The position numbers and the translations under genes were made by a program. The notes beneath the pieces were generated by a model, which saw only the letters and a list, made by a program, of their open reading frames with translations, had not been told where the DNA came from and did not search any database. Below, in pieces: positions 17,833-27,990 of a stretch of 31,814 nt of DNA. Each line of letters starts with the position of its first letter. Within the stretch, counting starts at the first letter, position 1. The stretch comes from Candidatus Thorarchaeota archaeon (GTDB lineage Archaea; Asgardarchaeota; Thorarchaeia; Thorarchaeales; Thorarchaeaceae), in the NCBI GenBank assembly GCA_048882385.1, contig JBHLRQ010000029.1:1-31814 (forward strand), given 5' to 3'.

Positions 17833-18704
17833 GCCTTAGACCTCCAGGCTGCACCCACAATATCAGCAGTCTTGGAGATACTCATCTCCTTCAGGTAGTC
17901 TTTGACCCCCTCTTTGATCTTCGAGAATACATCAAGTCCATCAATCAAAGCAGTACCAATCTGGATTGCACTTGCGCCTGCGAGATGCATCTCGATAGCA
18001 TCTTGCCAGTTTGCCACACCCCCAACTCCAATGACTGGAATATTCAATTCTTGACTCAGGTCGTATACGCACCTTACAGCAACGGGAAAGATTGGAGCTC
18101 CAGATAATCCACCGACCCTGTTTCCTAATACCGGACGCATTTGGTAGATGTCGATCTTCATTCCTCTGACAGTGTTGACTGCCACAACCGCGTCTGCACC
18201 TGCCTCTTCGGCAGCTTTTCCAACAGACACAATATCAGCTGCATTTGGAGTCAGTTTTGCAAAGACAGAACAGTCTACAGTATCTTTCACTGCTTCCACG
18301 TATTTGCCTGTTAGATCTGGGTCATGTGCAATCTGACTGATCTCAGCATGTGGACAAGAGAGGTTCAGCTCGATTGCATGTGGTTTCATTGTTTCTCCCT
18401 TTCTGGCAATTTCAACGATTTCGTCAATGGTGTTACCAAAGATACTGAGCACGACTGGTATTCTCTTATTCCTTAGTAGGTTCATTTCATCACTGAATGC
18501 GTCTATCCCTGGATTGGTAAGACCTACTGCATTCAAAAGACCTCCGTGAGATGAAGTGAGAACTGGTCCAGGATGCCCCTTCCTCGGTCTTGGGCCTATC
18601 GATTTCGTGACGACTGCATCAGCGCCTGCTTCGATAACCCTAATCATCGTCGAGGCTGTGACTCCTAATACTCCTGATGCGAGCCAGTATCCTTCAATCT
18701 TCAA
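17829..18704 (-). CDS. pyrD: Dihydroorotate dehydrogenase (class 1B catalytic subunit)
   Basis: LASG, NAVGLTNPG, ELNLSCPH, KLTPN, GGLSG, GVGG, QIGT; overlaps pyrK. Confidence 0.95.
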   Translation of the reverse strand: MKIEGYWLASGVLGVTASTMIRVIEAGADAVVTKSIGPRPRKGHPGPVLTSSHGGLLNAVGLTNPGIDAFSDEMNLLRNKRIPVVLSIFGNTIDEIVEIARKGETMKPHAIELNLSCPHAEISQIAHDPDLTGKYVEAVKDTVDCSVFAKLTPNAADIVSVGKAAEEAGADAVVAVNTVRGMKIDIYQMRPVLGNRVGGLSGAPIFPVAVRCVYDLSQELNIPVIGVGGVANWQDAIEMHLAGASAIQIGTALIDGLDVFSKIKEGVKDYLKEMSISKTADIVGAAWRSKA

Positions 18705-18817
18705 TTCTACACCTTGTCCGAACTAGATGGCAGTCAGTAATAAGCTAGATGGAACCAGGACGACAGACTTATCCGATAATCAGCAATTTCAGCACTCAGA
18801 CCACACCAGGAGGATTC

Positions 18818-20059
18818 ATGGTGCCAACATATCTCACGCTTACGGTGTTCGGAGTCTTCGTACTTGACGATGATGGAAAAGTGACTTCAAAACAGCTGTT
18901 CTACCCAGATGCAGAACTTGCGGCTACAAACCTGGTTGCCGTGAATGATGAGGTAGCCACTGACTTGCTAAAATCAGTTGCAGAAAGTGTGAAGGGTGAT
19001 GATATTGTTGTTGAAGACCCAATTTTTGCACGAGCGCTTTCACAAGTCAAAGATCTCGATGTGCGGGTAGAGGCCGGTAGAGCACCTCGCTGGTTCAGAG
19101 ATGGTCAAGATGACTTTCTCATCAGCGAAGGCATAGTTTCCTCAAAGGATGATATCTCTTCTTTTAGACGAGATGTGTCAATCAGACTTGCCAAGAGTAA
19201 GATTAGCGTTGCCAGTGAGGAGAAAGATCTACTTGTGAAGAATGCAATTGACGCTGTGGATGAGGTTGACAAGTCGATCAACGTACTCATAATGCGTCTC
19301 CGTGAGTGGTACTCACTGCATCATCCATCACTCACTCGGCTTATCGAGGACCAAGAGCAATATGCCCGCATCCTGAACAACTGCACAGGAAAATCCGAAA
19401 CCACAAAAGACTGCCTCGAGTCAGCAGGAGTTGGTTCCACTGTTGCAGATCAGATTATGAGTGCCTTGACAGGGGACATTGGAGCTGAGTTTGCTGAGTC
19501 AGACCTTGCAGTAATCGGAGGTCTTGCAAAAACAGTTGATGACCTCTATCAGATGAGAGCTGAACTTGAGGAGTATATCACATCGATGATGTCAACAGTT
19601 GCACCCAATATCAGTGCCCTGGCCGGTCCATTGATTGGCGCACGATTGATAAGTCTGGCTGGCTCTCTGAAAGACTTGGCACAAAAACCATCCAGCACAG
19701 TGCAAGTCTTTGGTGCTGAAAAGGCACTTTTCCGCAGTCTAAAGACTGGTACAGATCCTCCAAAACATGGTATTATCTACCGAGTCGCAGAGGTCAATAG
19801 TGCTCCGTACTGGCAGCGAGGAAAGATTGCAAGGGGTCTTGCTGGAAAACTATCAATTGCAGCACGTATCGATGCTTACTCTGACAAGAATGTTGGTGAG
19901 AAACTGAGAGAGGAATTCATGTCAAGAGTTGAGGAGATACGAAGACAGAACCCCGAGGCTCCAGAACGAGTCCAGAAACCCAAACCCAAGCCTGTAACGA
20001 AGAAGAAGAAGTACACAGGACGGGGTGGACGTTCAAAGAAAAGGCATGGAGGTCACTGA
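18818..20059 (+). CDS. nop5: Box C/D sRNP protein Nop5 (Nop56/58)
   Basis: RLREWY, APN..LAGPLIGARLI, PSSTVQVFGAEKALF, PKHGII, RGKIAR, basic tail. Start placed after GGAGG. Confidence 0.95.
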   Translation: MVPTYLTLTVFGVFVLDDDGKVTSKQLFYPDAELAATNLVAVNDEVATDLLKSVAESVKGDDIVVEDPIFARALSQVKDLDVRVEAGRAPRWFRDGQDDFLISEGIVSSKDDISSFRRDVSIRLAKSKISVASEEKDLLVKNAIDAVDEVDKSINVLIMRLREWYSLHHPSLTRLIEDQEQYARILNNCTGKSETTKDCLESAGVGSTVADQIMSALTGDIGAEFAESDLAVIGGLAKTVDDLYQMRAELEEYITSMMSTVAPNISALAGPLIGARLISLAGSLKDLAQKPSSTVQVFGAEKALFRSLKTGTDPPKHGIIYRVAEVNSAPYWQRGKIARGLAGKLSIAARIDAYSDKNVGEKLREEFMSRVEEIRRQNPEAPERVQKPKPKPVTKKKKYTGRGGRSKKRHGGH

Positions 20060-20060
20060 T

Positions 20061-20756
20061 ATGGAGGTATCTCAGTACAAGTTTCCAGGAGTCTACACCA
20101 TCAAGGACAAAGACAGGACATCATTATGTACTCAATCTCTAGCACCGGGAACAACTGTCTACGGCGAAAAACTGATTCAAATTGATGACAAGGAGTATCG
20201 AATCTGGTCCACTCGAAGGTCTAAACTATCAGCAGCGATAAAGAACGGTCTGTCCGAGATGCCAATTCAACCAGGATCAAAGATTCTGTACCTTGGTGCC
20301 GCATCAGGCACAACTGTGAGTCATTGTTCTGACATAGTCGGTGAAAAGGGTGCAATCTACGCTGTAGAATTCTCAGAACGAACCGCACGCGATCTCATCT
20401 ACTTGGCGGCTGCACGGAACAACATCCTCCCCATTGTAGAAGATGCAAGACATCCAACAAGATATGCCTCTGTAGTATCAGGCCCCATTGAAGTAGTCTA
20501 CCAAGATGTTGCACAACCCAATCAAGCAAACATCCTCTACGAGAACCTCAAGACCTTCTGCTCATTCGGTGCCTGGGGTATGCTGGCAATCAAAGCGAGA
20601 AGCATAGATTCCGCATCAGCCCTGGATGAGATTTATAGTAAAGAAATCTCAACTCTTGACAAACTGGGTCTTCAGATTGTAGATAATGTTGATCTCAATC
20701 CCCTAGAGAAGGACCATCGGTTCATTGTATGCAGAGTTTCGGAGGAACTGAAGTGA
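20061..20756 (+). CDS. flpA: Fibrillarin-like 2'-O-methyltransferase
   Basis: VYGEK, RSKLSAA, LYLGAASGTTVSH, DARHP, DVAQPNQA. Confidence 0.96.
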   Translation: MEVSQYKFPGVYTIKDKDRTSLCTQSLAPGTTVYGEKLIQIDDKEYRIWSTRRSKLSAAIKNGLSEMPIQPGSKILYLGAASGTTVSHCSDIVGEKGAIYAVEFSERTARDLIYLAAARNNILPIVEDARHPTRYASVVSGPIEVVYQDVAQPNQANILYENLKTFCSFGAWGMLAIKARSIDSASALDEIYSKEISTLDKLGLQIVDNVDLNPLEKDHRFIVCRVSEELK

Positions 20757-21217
20757 GTCCATTCATCGAAAAGATGATTGAACGAGATATTGACACGCTC
20801 AATGACCATCTTCCAGAGTCAAGACATCCTTTGTCAGAGCTACTCAGTACTGTTTCACCCCAGTTTATTACTCGGAATGGCGAACTTTCAGTATTCAAAA
20901 GGGATGAGATTGAAGAGTTGGCTTTAGATGTCCCATCAAGATTTCACGATGAAGTTCACCTTCCCATCGTTCTTTTACGTAGACTAGACTACGGACCAGG
21001 AATTTACACAATTGCAGGCAACAAGATCGAGCTGTTCATGATACACCGCTTCCTAGGATATGTTGACCTAGAATGGACTGATTTCGGTAGATGGACTCCT
21101 GTTGAAAGACTATCCCGTCCCCAGGTTCAACTCCTGCGAAGAAAGCTACCATCAACTACTATTATCGGTATTGCCATGTCTACAAAAGAAAAAGAGAAGC
21201 CAAACTCCGAAGTTTGA
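20753..21217 (+). CDS. DUF61 (UPF0216) family protein
   Basis: LNDHLP...LSELL, LPIVL, LRRKLPSTT; GTGA overlap with the fibrillarin stop. Confidence 0.75.
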   Translation: MSPFIEKMIERDIDTLNDHLPESRHPLSELLSTVSPQFITRNGELSVFKRDEIEELALDVPSRFHDEVHLPIVLLRRLDYGPGIYTIAGNKIELFMIHRFLGYVDLEWTDFGRWTPVERLSRPQVQLLRRKLPSTTIIGIAMSTKEKEKPNSEV

Positions 21218-21261
21218 TGAATTTTCACTATTAGATAATCTGAAAAAGGTTCAGCACAGAA

Positions 21262-22248
21262 TTGAGTTTGGAGTCTGAATTGACAAAAGCGCGAACCCAG
21301 CTAACACAAGAAGTAATCTCTCAATTAGAGGAAGCTGGGTTTAGTCTCTCTTCTGAATGTGATGTGAGACCTAGTTGTTTTGACCTTGTTGCCAGAAAGG
21401 GCGACAAACTGATTCTTGTCAAGGTATTGGCCAATATTGACGTACTAACAAGCCAAGATGCAATGGCATTACAACTTGTAGCCCATTTCTTCAATGCTAC
21501 ACCACTAGTTGTTGGAAGAAAAACAAGGAAAGGAGATTTGGATCCCGGTGTGGTTTACAAGAGGTATGGAGTTTCTACAATTGCGCCTCCAAGCTTTCAG
21601 AGCATGATTGCAGAAGAACGAATGCCAAGAGAATTCAGTCAGAAAGGAGGCCGCTTTGTAGCGATCGATGGGGAAAAACTTCGAGAGGCAAGACTGGAGC
21701 ACAAGATGACAACTGGGAAGCTCGCTGAGTGTGTTCAGGTGTCAGCCAGAGCAGTTCTAGCATATGAGAAGGACTATGAGCATATGGGAGTTAGTACTGA
21801 TATCGCAGAACGCTTAGAGGAGATCCTTGAAACAGATCTGATAATTCCTATTGATTTACTAAGTGAGCGTGTTGATGCAAAAACTCTGAAACAGTCTCGT
21901 GCAGGACAGGATATACCTGATCTTGAGGCTCGTGTGAATCTCTTTTTTGAGAGACTGGGCATGAGTGTTCTCTGGACTGATAGAGCTCCATTTCACGTTG
22001 CAGCAAAGGAAGAAGGTCCTCCACTTATGACTGGAATCGGCTCAATCACAAGCTGGTCCTTACAGAAACGCATGGAGATATTGAAGAGCGTATCAAAGGT
22101 TACTGAATCAAATACTTTGATCATAGTCGAAGAAGGTAAAGCTGAAGAGAGCGTATCTGACCTCCCAGTAATCAGACAGCTAGAACTTGACCAAATTGAG
22201 AAACCACAAGAACTACAGAAGATAATCAAGGAGCGGTCCAATCAGTAA
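21262..22248 (+). CDS. Archaeal HTH transcriptional regulator (COG1395-like)
   Basis: SCFDLVAR..KVLANID N-terminal domain, GGRFVAIDGEKLREAR, Xre-type HTH, RAPF. Confidence 0.85.
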   Translation: MSLESELTKARTQLTQEVISQLEEAGFSLSSECDVRPSCFDLVARKGDKLILVKVLANIDVLTSQDAMALQLVAHFFNATPLVVGRKTRKGDLDPGVVYKRYGVSTIAPPSFQSMIAEERMPREFSQKGGRFVAIDGEKLREARLEHKMTTGKLAECVQVSARAVLAYEKDYEHMGVSTDIAERLEEILETDLIIPIDLLSERVDAKTLKQSRAGQDIPDLEARVNLFFERLGMSVLWTDRAPFHVAAKEEGPPLMTGIGSITSWSLQKRMEILKSVSKVTESNTLIIVEEGKAEESVSDLPVIRQLELDQIEKPQELQKIIKERSNQ

Positions 22249-22249
22249 C

Positions 22250-22930
22250 TTAAAACTCGCCAAGTTTAGATTGGTCTTCTGAATCACGAATCTTTCTTAC
22301 AGAATCCCAGCTCTTTCGTATGATTGGAGGTAGTTTCCTTCCATCTCTGATAATATCTCTCACAAATTCAACAGTTTTTGGATCTGATGGATAGCCCGAC
22401 CCAAAATCACCATACTGCAGATGCAATCTGTCAATAACTCTGTCTCTCTCCACTTTAGCAATAATTGATGCTGCGGATACAATAGGGTACTTCGAGTCAG
22501 CTTTGTGTTCTGATACTATAATGGCTCCTTTGGCTGCAAGTCCGCTTCGTTCACCAATCGTTTTCCCAAATCGTTTTGCTTTCACATCAGCAGCATCAAG
22601 GTAGACCTCTTGGGGCTTTAATGATTTGACGACTGATACAAATTCTGCAACTTCGATTTCATTAAGAGTAGTACGTTTTCTACGTCTATCAATTTCAGAT
22701 GCAGAAATAGACTTGATCTCAATTTTTTCAGCTAAATCATTGATCTTCTTACTTAGTATGGACCGTCTTGTTGGTGACAATATCTTAGAATCTTTGACAC
22801 CTATTTTTTCTAGTTTGGGCATTGTTTCAGGAAATAATAAGACTCCACAGATGACCATTGGTCCAATCATCGGACCCCTTCCTGCTTCATCTACACCTGC
22901 AATTCCGTATAAGCCACTCTCTCTGTTCAT
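22250..22930 (-). CDS. rnhB: Ribonuclease HII
   Basis: GVDEAGRGP, DSK, HKAD, SAASIIAK, GSGYPSDP, RKSW. Confidence 0.97.
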   Translation of the reverse strand: MNRESGLYGIAGVDEAGRGPMIGPMVICGVLLFPETMPKLEKIGVKDSKILSPTRRSILSKKINDLAEKIEIKSISASEIDRRRKRTTLNEIEVAEFVSVVKSLKPQEVYLDAADVKAKRFGKTIGERSGLAAKGAIIVSEHKADSKYPIVSAASIIAKVERDRVIDRLHLQYGDFGSGYPSDPKTVEFVRDIIRDGRKLPPIIRKSWDSVRKIRDSEDQSKLGEF

Positions 22931-22976
22931 GACTCAAGTAAGGCAATAGTGACTTATTATCATTCGGTCAATCCAT

Positions 22977-23143
22977 TCAACCACTTACAACAAATGCTTT
23001 GTGACAGAAAGGACAAATTAACACCATCTCTCCGTTGGTAACATCATGTCTCCCAGCTTCACCAAGAGATTTCCATCTATCACCATTCTTGAGAACTATT
23101 GTTTTACACAATTTGTACACCAAACTGAAGTGATAGTCATCAT
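22977..23143 (-). pseudogene. Frameshifted small Zn-ribbon protein
   Basis: MMTITSVWCTNC in one frame and KTIVLKNG..LICPFCHKAF in the adjacent frame; one added base near 23108 joins them. Confidence 0.45.
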
Positions 23144-23548
23144 TGAAAAAGACCTACAAAAACCAAAAAATGTGGTCAGCTATTCCTATTAAGCCCCACA
23201 GACATACACCTTGTAAAGGGTCATGTCCAAAAGCATTGTTTTTGCAATTATAGGTACACAAACCGTCACTTGCTGTCTCCAGAAATGCTTAGAATTTGTA
23301 TTAAGCCAGTATACAACATGGATACGATTCTAATGCCATACAAATCCGTTCGAACCTATTTACTCAACTTACAAAATCTGAACAGAAAGTTGACAAAGTC
23401 TAGTTCATCAAACACATCAACAGATAGATATCCCCATTCCGACTCATTGAATTCAGAGGTTAGGGTACGGAAGCCGTGGCGACCTTGGAACGTTGAAGAA
23501 CAATACACTCAGACGTAACGGAATAAGAACTGAAAAATTCTAGACTGC

Positions 23549-23710
23549 CTACTTCCTCACACCAATTGTCTGTCCGCGAACAAATCTCTTCGTATAATTC
23601 CTCTTGTTGCGTATTCGAGGAATTGGTGTGTGACGTTCACGACCATGTACTTTTGGTGTGGATTCGCGAACTTTACCAGCCTTTGTAAGTGAACCGTGTG
23701 AACCAGGCAT
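23549..23710 (-). CDS. rps30e: 30S ribosomal protein S30e (53 aa, not in ORF track)
   Basis: MPGSHGSLTKAGKVRESTPKV...PRIRNKRNYTKRF. Confidence 0.95.
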   Translation of the reverse strand: MPGSHGSLTKAGKVRESTPKVHGRERHTPIPRIRNKRNYTKRFVRGQTIGVRK

Positions 23711-23822
23711 CTTGATTTCCCCTATTGGGCTCTATATGTGACTCAGAAAAGTTCTCATAAAAAGCTATCCAATTGGCACCACAGTTGTACGACCTTAATA
23801 ACCTTCAACAACACCGGATTAC

Positions 23823-24401
23823 ATGACCCGACCACGGCTGCGTCTCCTATCGACGCCTCTCCGTATCGAAAACCATACCCCTCTTTATGTTGATGTCGAT
23901 AGTGCGCAGCTGTGGAATCTGGTCAATGATAATACTGTACATCTGATTCTAAGGAAACCTGCTTTACAAGAGCTTGCCCGTAGAAGAGACCCTCATCTCA
24001 TGGATTACTGTGAGAGTTTATTGAGTTCTGATGAGAATGAGAACTGGCTCACAGCCGTAAGTACACTCGTTGCATTGGGTACTGCAGAGGCTGTGGACCG
24101 ACTGATACTGGTCTACGCTCAGTCACTCAATGATGAACGAAAACTTGTGCTCTCTATGGTTGCTAAAGTACTAACAGCAGAGCATGTTAAACCCTTCAGT
24201 ATAATGGTCCGAGAGGTAGCTGGTCCTGGAGAACTTGATGTTTCAGGCTGGACAAAGACTGCAATATCCACACTACAAGATGTCTGTAAGCGATTCGGGA
24301 TTGCAATTCACGGAGTTTATGTTAGCACAGAAGAAGAAACCCATACTATTTCCCCTGATGCACCAAATTTGGATGATATTCCCACAATTCCTGATAAGTG
24401 A
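23823..24401 (+). CDS. Hypothetical protein with HEAT-like helical repeats
   Basis: 192-aa ORF with AVSTLVALGTAEAVDRLI-type helical pattern. Confidence 0.6.
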   Translation: MTRPRLRLLSTPLRIENHTPLYVDVDSAQLWNLVNDNTVHLILRKPALQELARRRDPHLMDYCESLLSSDENENWLTAVSTLVALGTAEAVDRLILVYAQSLNDERKLVLSMVAKVLTAEHVKPFSIMVREVAGPGELDVSGWTKTAISTLQDVCKRFGIAIHGVYVSTEEETHTISPDAPNLDDIPTIPDK

Positions 24402-24431
24402 GTCAAACCGTATTCTATTAATCTGGAAGTT

Positions 24432-26051
24432 TTGATAGACACATCTATGACCACGCCTGAGGAAGACTACAAAGTTCGTCGAGAGATAATTGAAGCTCTA
24501 CTAAATTCAAATGAACCTCTTAGTCGAAAGGTGGTCAATCGCACAAAGAACAGAATCTGTGCCAAGTACAAGCTTGCAAAGACTCCAACAAATGCTGATA
24601 TTCTTCAAGTCACAATCCCTGAAGAAGCCGAGCTTCTCAAACCATTTTTACAGAAAAGACCTGTACGGACGGTTTCTGGGGTTGCAGTTGTTGCTACCAT
24701 GACAACCCCACACGAGTGCCCTCATGGAAAATGTGCTTATTGTCCTGGAGGTCCTGATCTTGGAGTTCCTCAGAGCTATACAGGTCATGAACCTGCCACT
24801 ATGAGGGGCATTCAGAACGATTTTGATCCATACCGTCAAGTTGACAGCCGACTGACTCAGTTGAAAACAATTGGTCACAGCATAAACAAAGTTGAACTAA
24901 TCGTGATGGGTGGTGACTGGTGTTCAAAACCTCCAGAATATCAAGAGTTTTTTGTCAAAGGCTGTCTAGATGCTATGAATAGGTCCATCAGCAATGATCT
25001 TGAAGAGGCAAAGAAACGAAACGAAACAGCAGAAGTACGAAATGTAGGACTGACTTTTGAAACCCGCCCTGATTGGGTTTCACAAGAGAGTATTGACAGT
25101 ATGCTAGATCTTGGTGCGACTAGAGTTGAAATAGGTGTTCAAAGCCTATCTGATGAGATACTTGAGAGGGTGGGACGTGGTCATGGCGTTAATGAAACGG
25201 CACAAGCATCAAAGATGCTACGTGACAGTGGTCTAAAAGTCTGCTATCACATGATGCCAGGTCTTCCCGGAGTAACCCCTCAAAGTGACCTAGAAACTTT
25301 CCACCTACTATTCACAGACCCACGATTTTGTCCTGACATGTTGAAGATCTATCCAACTATTGTTGTAAAAAACACAAAATTATACGACTGGTGGTTGGCT
25401 GGTGAATATGACCCTTATTCAGCCGATCAAATAGTCGACCTAATATCTACAGCTGTGAGTCAGATGCCTGAATATGTACGAATCCAAAGGATGCAGCGTG
25501 ACATACCTCTCCATCAGATTGAAGCAGGTCTCGATAAGGGGAATCTTCGAGAACTAGTTCATCAGAAGATGCAATCTGGCGCATTGAGAAATCCTACAAT
25601 CAGGTTCAGGGAGATAGGCCACTTTACCTTGAGGTCAAAACAGATTGTAGATCTTGACAAAATCGAGCCTGTACGTAGAGAATATACCGCTTCTGATGGA
25701 AAGGAGTTCTTCCTCTCATATGAGGTACCTGACCTTGATGTGATTTTGGCATTCCTTCGTCTGAGAATACCTAGTAAAGATGCTTATAGACCTGAAATTT
25801 CTCAAAAACCTTGTACACTTATTCGTGAACTGAGGGTCTATGGACCTGTAGTCGAAATCGGTGAAAGGGATTCAGAGGCATGGCAACACTTGGGTCTGGG
25901 AGAGAAGCTCCTCGAAACTGCTGATCAGATTAGTCGTGATGAATTAGGAGTAGACCGAATAATCGTCAATAGTGGAGTTGGTGTGAAGGAGTACTATAGA
26001 AATCTTGGATTTCAAGACCTAGGTCCATTTCTTTCAAAAAACCTAAGATAA
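24432..26051 (+). CDS. elp3: Elp3 tRNA U34 carboxymethylation radical SAM/GNAT enzyme
   Basis: RTVSGVA, CPHGKCAYCPGG, ETRPD, LKIYP, RIQRMQRDIP, RELRVYG, WQHLGLG. Confidence 0.96.
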   Translation: MIDTSMTTPEEDYKVRREIIEALLNSNEPLSRKVVNRTKNRICAKYKLAKTPTNADILQVTIPEEAELLKPFLQKRPVRTVSGVAVVATMTTPHECPHGKCAYCPGGPDLGVPQSYTGHEPATMRGIQNDFDPYRQVDSRLTQLKTIGHSINKVELIVMGGDWCSKPPEYQEFFVKGCLDAMNRSISNDLEEAKKRNETAEVRNVGLTFETRPDWVSQESIDSMLDLGATRVEIGVQSLSDEILERVGRGHGVNETAQASKMLRDSGLKVCYHMMPGLPGVTPQSDLETFHLLFTDPRFCPDMLKIYPTIVVKNTKLYDWWLAGEYDPYSADQIVDLISTAVSQMPEYVRIQRMQRDIPLHQIEAGLDKGNLRELVHQKMQSGALRNPTIRFREIGHFTLRSKQIVDLDKIEPVRREYTASDGKEFFLSYEVPDLDVILAFLRLRIPSKDAYRPEISQKPCTLIRELRVYGPVVEIGERDSEAWQHLGLGEKLLETADQISRDELGVDRIIVNSGVGVKEYYRNLGFQDLGPFLSKNLR

Positions 26052-26162
26052 GAAGAGGGTGGCGAACACACAGGGTCGTGGTAGGAGGGGGGAGTTTCGT
26101 AAATGAGGGCATATAACGAAAAACTAGCCCATGTGTTCGCCTTTGTTGTTGATATGCAAACC

Positions 26163-26297
26163 TCAGTTCACGATGACTTGCCCATGGACATTGTTCACCT
26201 CTATCCTCATGTGATTGTTTAGTCCTTGCTTGCGAAGTTTCTCTGCAAACGAGAGGCCATCCCTGATCTCCTCCCAGCCTATCAGGGTCTTGCCCAA
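26163..26297 (-). CDS. Putative 44-aa protein (not in ORF track)
   Basis: TTG-start ORF MGKTLIGWEEIRDGLSFAEKLRKQGLNNHMRIEVNNVHGQVIVN followed by a long hairpin; no clear RBS. Confidence 0.35.
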   Translation of the reverse strand: MGKTLIGWEEIRDGLSFAEKLRKQGLNNHMRIEVNNVHGQVIVN

Positions 26298-26566
26298 AAG
26301 AAATTGCAGGCCATTAGAATCAGGTGTGGTTGGCGTGGCACTGTCCCTTCACATTTTCCTATGATATAGTTTCCTCAAATTAGATAATCCTGTATCTCGG
26401 TATTACCGAGTTAGTCAAAATTGTGCATCTCATCTAATACCAAATATAGAACACGTGTTCTAAATCTATCAGGAGATTGGAAATGTAAGACTTCTCAAAT
26501 AGACCTCCTTCTCTAGATTGAATATCAATTTCTCATCAGATTTTTATTTGGTCAATTCTGCTCAAC

Positions 26567-27193
26567 TTGCAAGGAGTTGCAATTTTGAACCTAATCCATC
26601 TGTTGGCCATTTTTGGATTACTCAGTCCTGTACTCTACACGATAATGTGGATTCTTGGTGGATTTATGGATCCAGAATATAGCCACATCCGCCAGGATGT
26701 TAGCTCTCTTGTTGCAGTTGACGCTCCTAACAAAAAGATGCTTGATACGTTTCTTATCACATCCAGTACCCTCTTGTTCTTATTCTATATTGGGTTACAT
26801 TGGGGAATTAACGGTGGAGTGGGATCTGTCATTGGACCTGTTTTGTTTGTGATTAGTGGTTTCCTTGGAGTGATTGTCGCAATTTTCTGTCCTCTTGATG
26901 CAGGCGGCGAACTTGTGACGACGCGTGGGAAAATGCATCTAGTCCTTATTTCGATTTCAGGAATATTGACAATTGCAGGAATGGTTGCGCTCTGGTTTCG
27001 TCTCGTATCCGATTCAGTCTGGGGTGATTTCGCAACATTCTCATTGATTTCAGCATTTTTTTCTCTTCTCTTTGTAATTGCCACCTCTATCTCTACTAAG
27101 AGTGGCTATATGGGGCTAATCGAGAGGTTCATGGTCAGTACGTATCAGATCTACTACTTTGTGCTAGCACTGATGGTGTTCATTACAAATTAG
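26567..27193 (+). CDS. DUF998-like membrane protein
   Basis: PEYSHIRQDVSSL, FCPLD..GKMH, GLIER; multiple TM helices. Confidence 0.8.
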   Translation: MQGVAILNLIHLLAIFGLLSPVLYTIMWILGGFMDPEYSHIRQDVSSLVAVDAPNKKMLDTFLITSSTLLFLFYIGLHWGINGGVGSVIGPVLFVISGFLGVIVAIFCPLDAGGELVTTRGKMHLVLISISGILTIAGMVALWFRLVSDSVWGDFATFSLISAFFSLLFVIATSISTKSGYMGLIERFMVSTYQIYYFVLALMVFITN

Positions 27194-27201
27194 AATGATG
27201 T

Positions 27202-27990
27202 CTAATCGATTCTATAACGTGCAACCTGAGGATTCTCAAGGAATTCCCAATGTCCAGGAACATTGTTCGAAAGTGCACCAAGCTCAAGGTGCAGCATGGC
27301 AATCCCGCAATCTAGTCGTCTGGAAATCCTGAAATCTTTTCTTTTACTATTGGTTGATATACTGATAGAATCCTCTTGAATTTCTATTCTCCAGGGTTGC
27401 CTGTTACCAGCTGACGGTGCAACCCTTACTGCCTCTACTGCAGATCTGACCCAATTCTTATCCTCGATTTCTCCACTAAGAATGAGCTTCTCCACCTCTT
27501 TTCGTCTATAGGGTTTGGATGATACACCCACTCTGTCATTTTCATCTTTTGAGTATCCAACTGGGGTAATGCCTAGAATTCGTTCATCATCCCTCAAATC
27601 GATGTGCTTCATTATACCCTCTTGTCTGTAGAACCCTCCAACCCAACATGTATTCAATCCAAGAGCTGTGGCTTCGAGGATGATTCCTTCACCTAGATAT
27701 CCTGTGATAGCCTGAACATCAAGCACACTCATGTCACCAATGAAAACAATATAGTATGGTGTTTCTGTTACTTTGTAAAAGAACTCACCCACTGCACCCT
27801 TGAAAACATCTTTTCCTGAATCTTTCACGAGAACTGCTCTGGCACCCTGAAATGGTTTAAAATCACTGCAGACTCTCTCAATTCTGTCTATCAGCTTATC
27901 ATTTGGCACTTCGCCAGAATACTTTCTGTGAGAGTGTCTGAGGAAGATTGCTTCATACCATGAATCGACAGGAATTATCATTCGCACCAA
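27202..27990 (-). CDS. Nitroreductase family protein (two-domain)
   Basis: RHSHRKY, LGLNTCWVGG, APSAGNRQPW, DCGIAMLH. Confidence 0.88.
   Translation of the reverse strand: MVRMIIPVDSWYEAIFLRHSHRKYSGEVPNDKLIDRIERVCSDFKPFQGARAVLVKDSGKDVFKGAVGEFFYKVTETPYYIVFIGDMSVLDVQAITGYLGEGIILEATALGLNTCWVGGFYRQEGIMKHIDLRDDERILGITPVGYSKDENDRVGVSSKPYRRKEVEKLILSGEIEDKNWVRSAVEAVRVAPSAGNRQPWRIEIQEDSISISTNSKRKDFRISRRLDCGIAMLHLELGALSNNVPGHWEFLENPQVARYRID

Noticed and set aside
23190-23520. 82-aa plus-strand ORF and Cys-containing minus-strand frames
   Set aside because: No convincing start, RBS or motif; left unexplained.
26080-26100. RNase P-like GAAACTCCCCCCTCC on the minus strand
   Set aside because: The rest of the RNA would run antisense into elp3, and no 3' P4 partner is seen.
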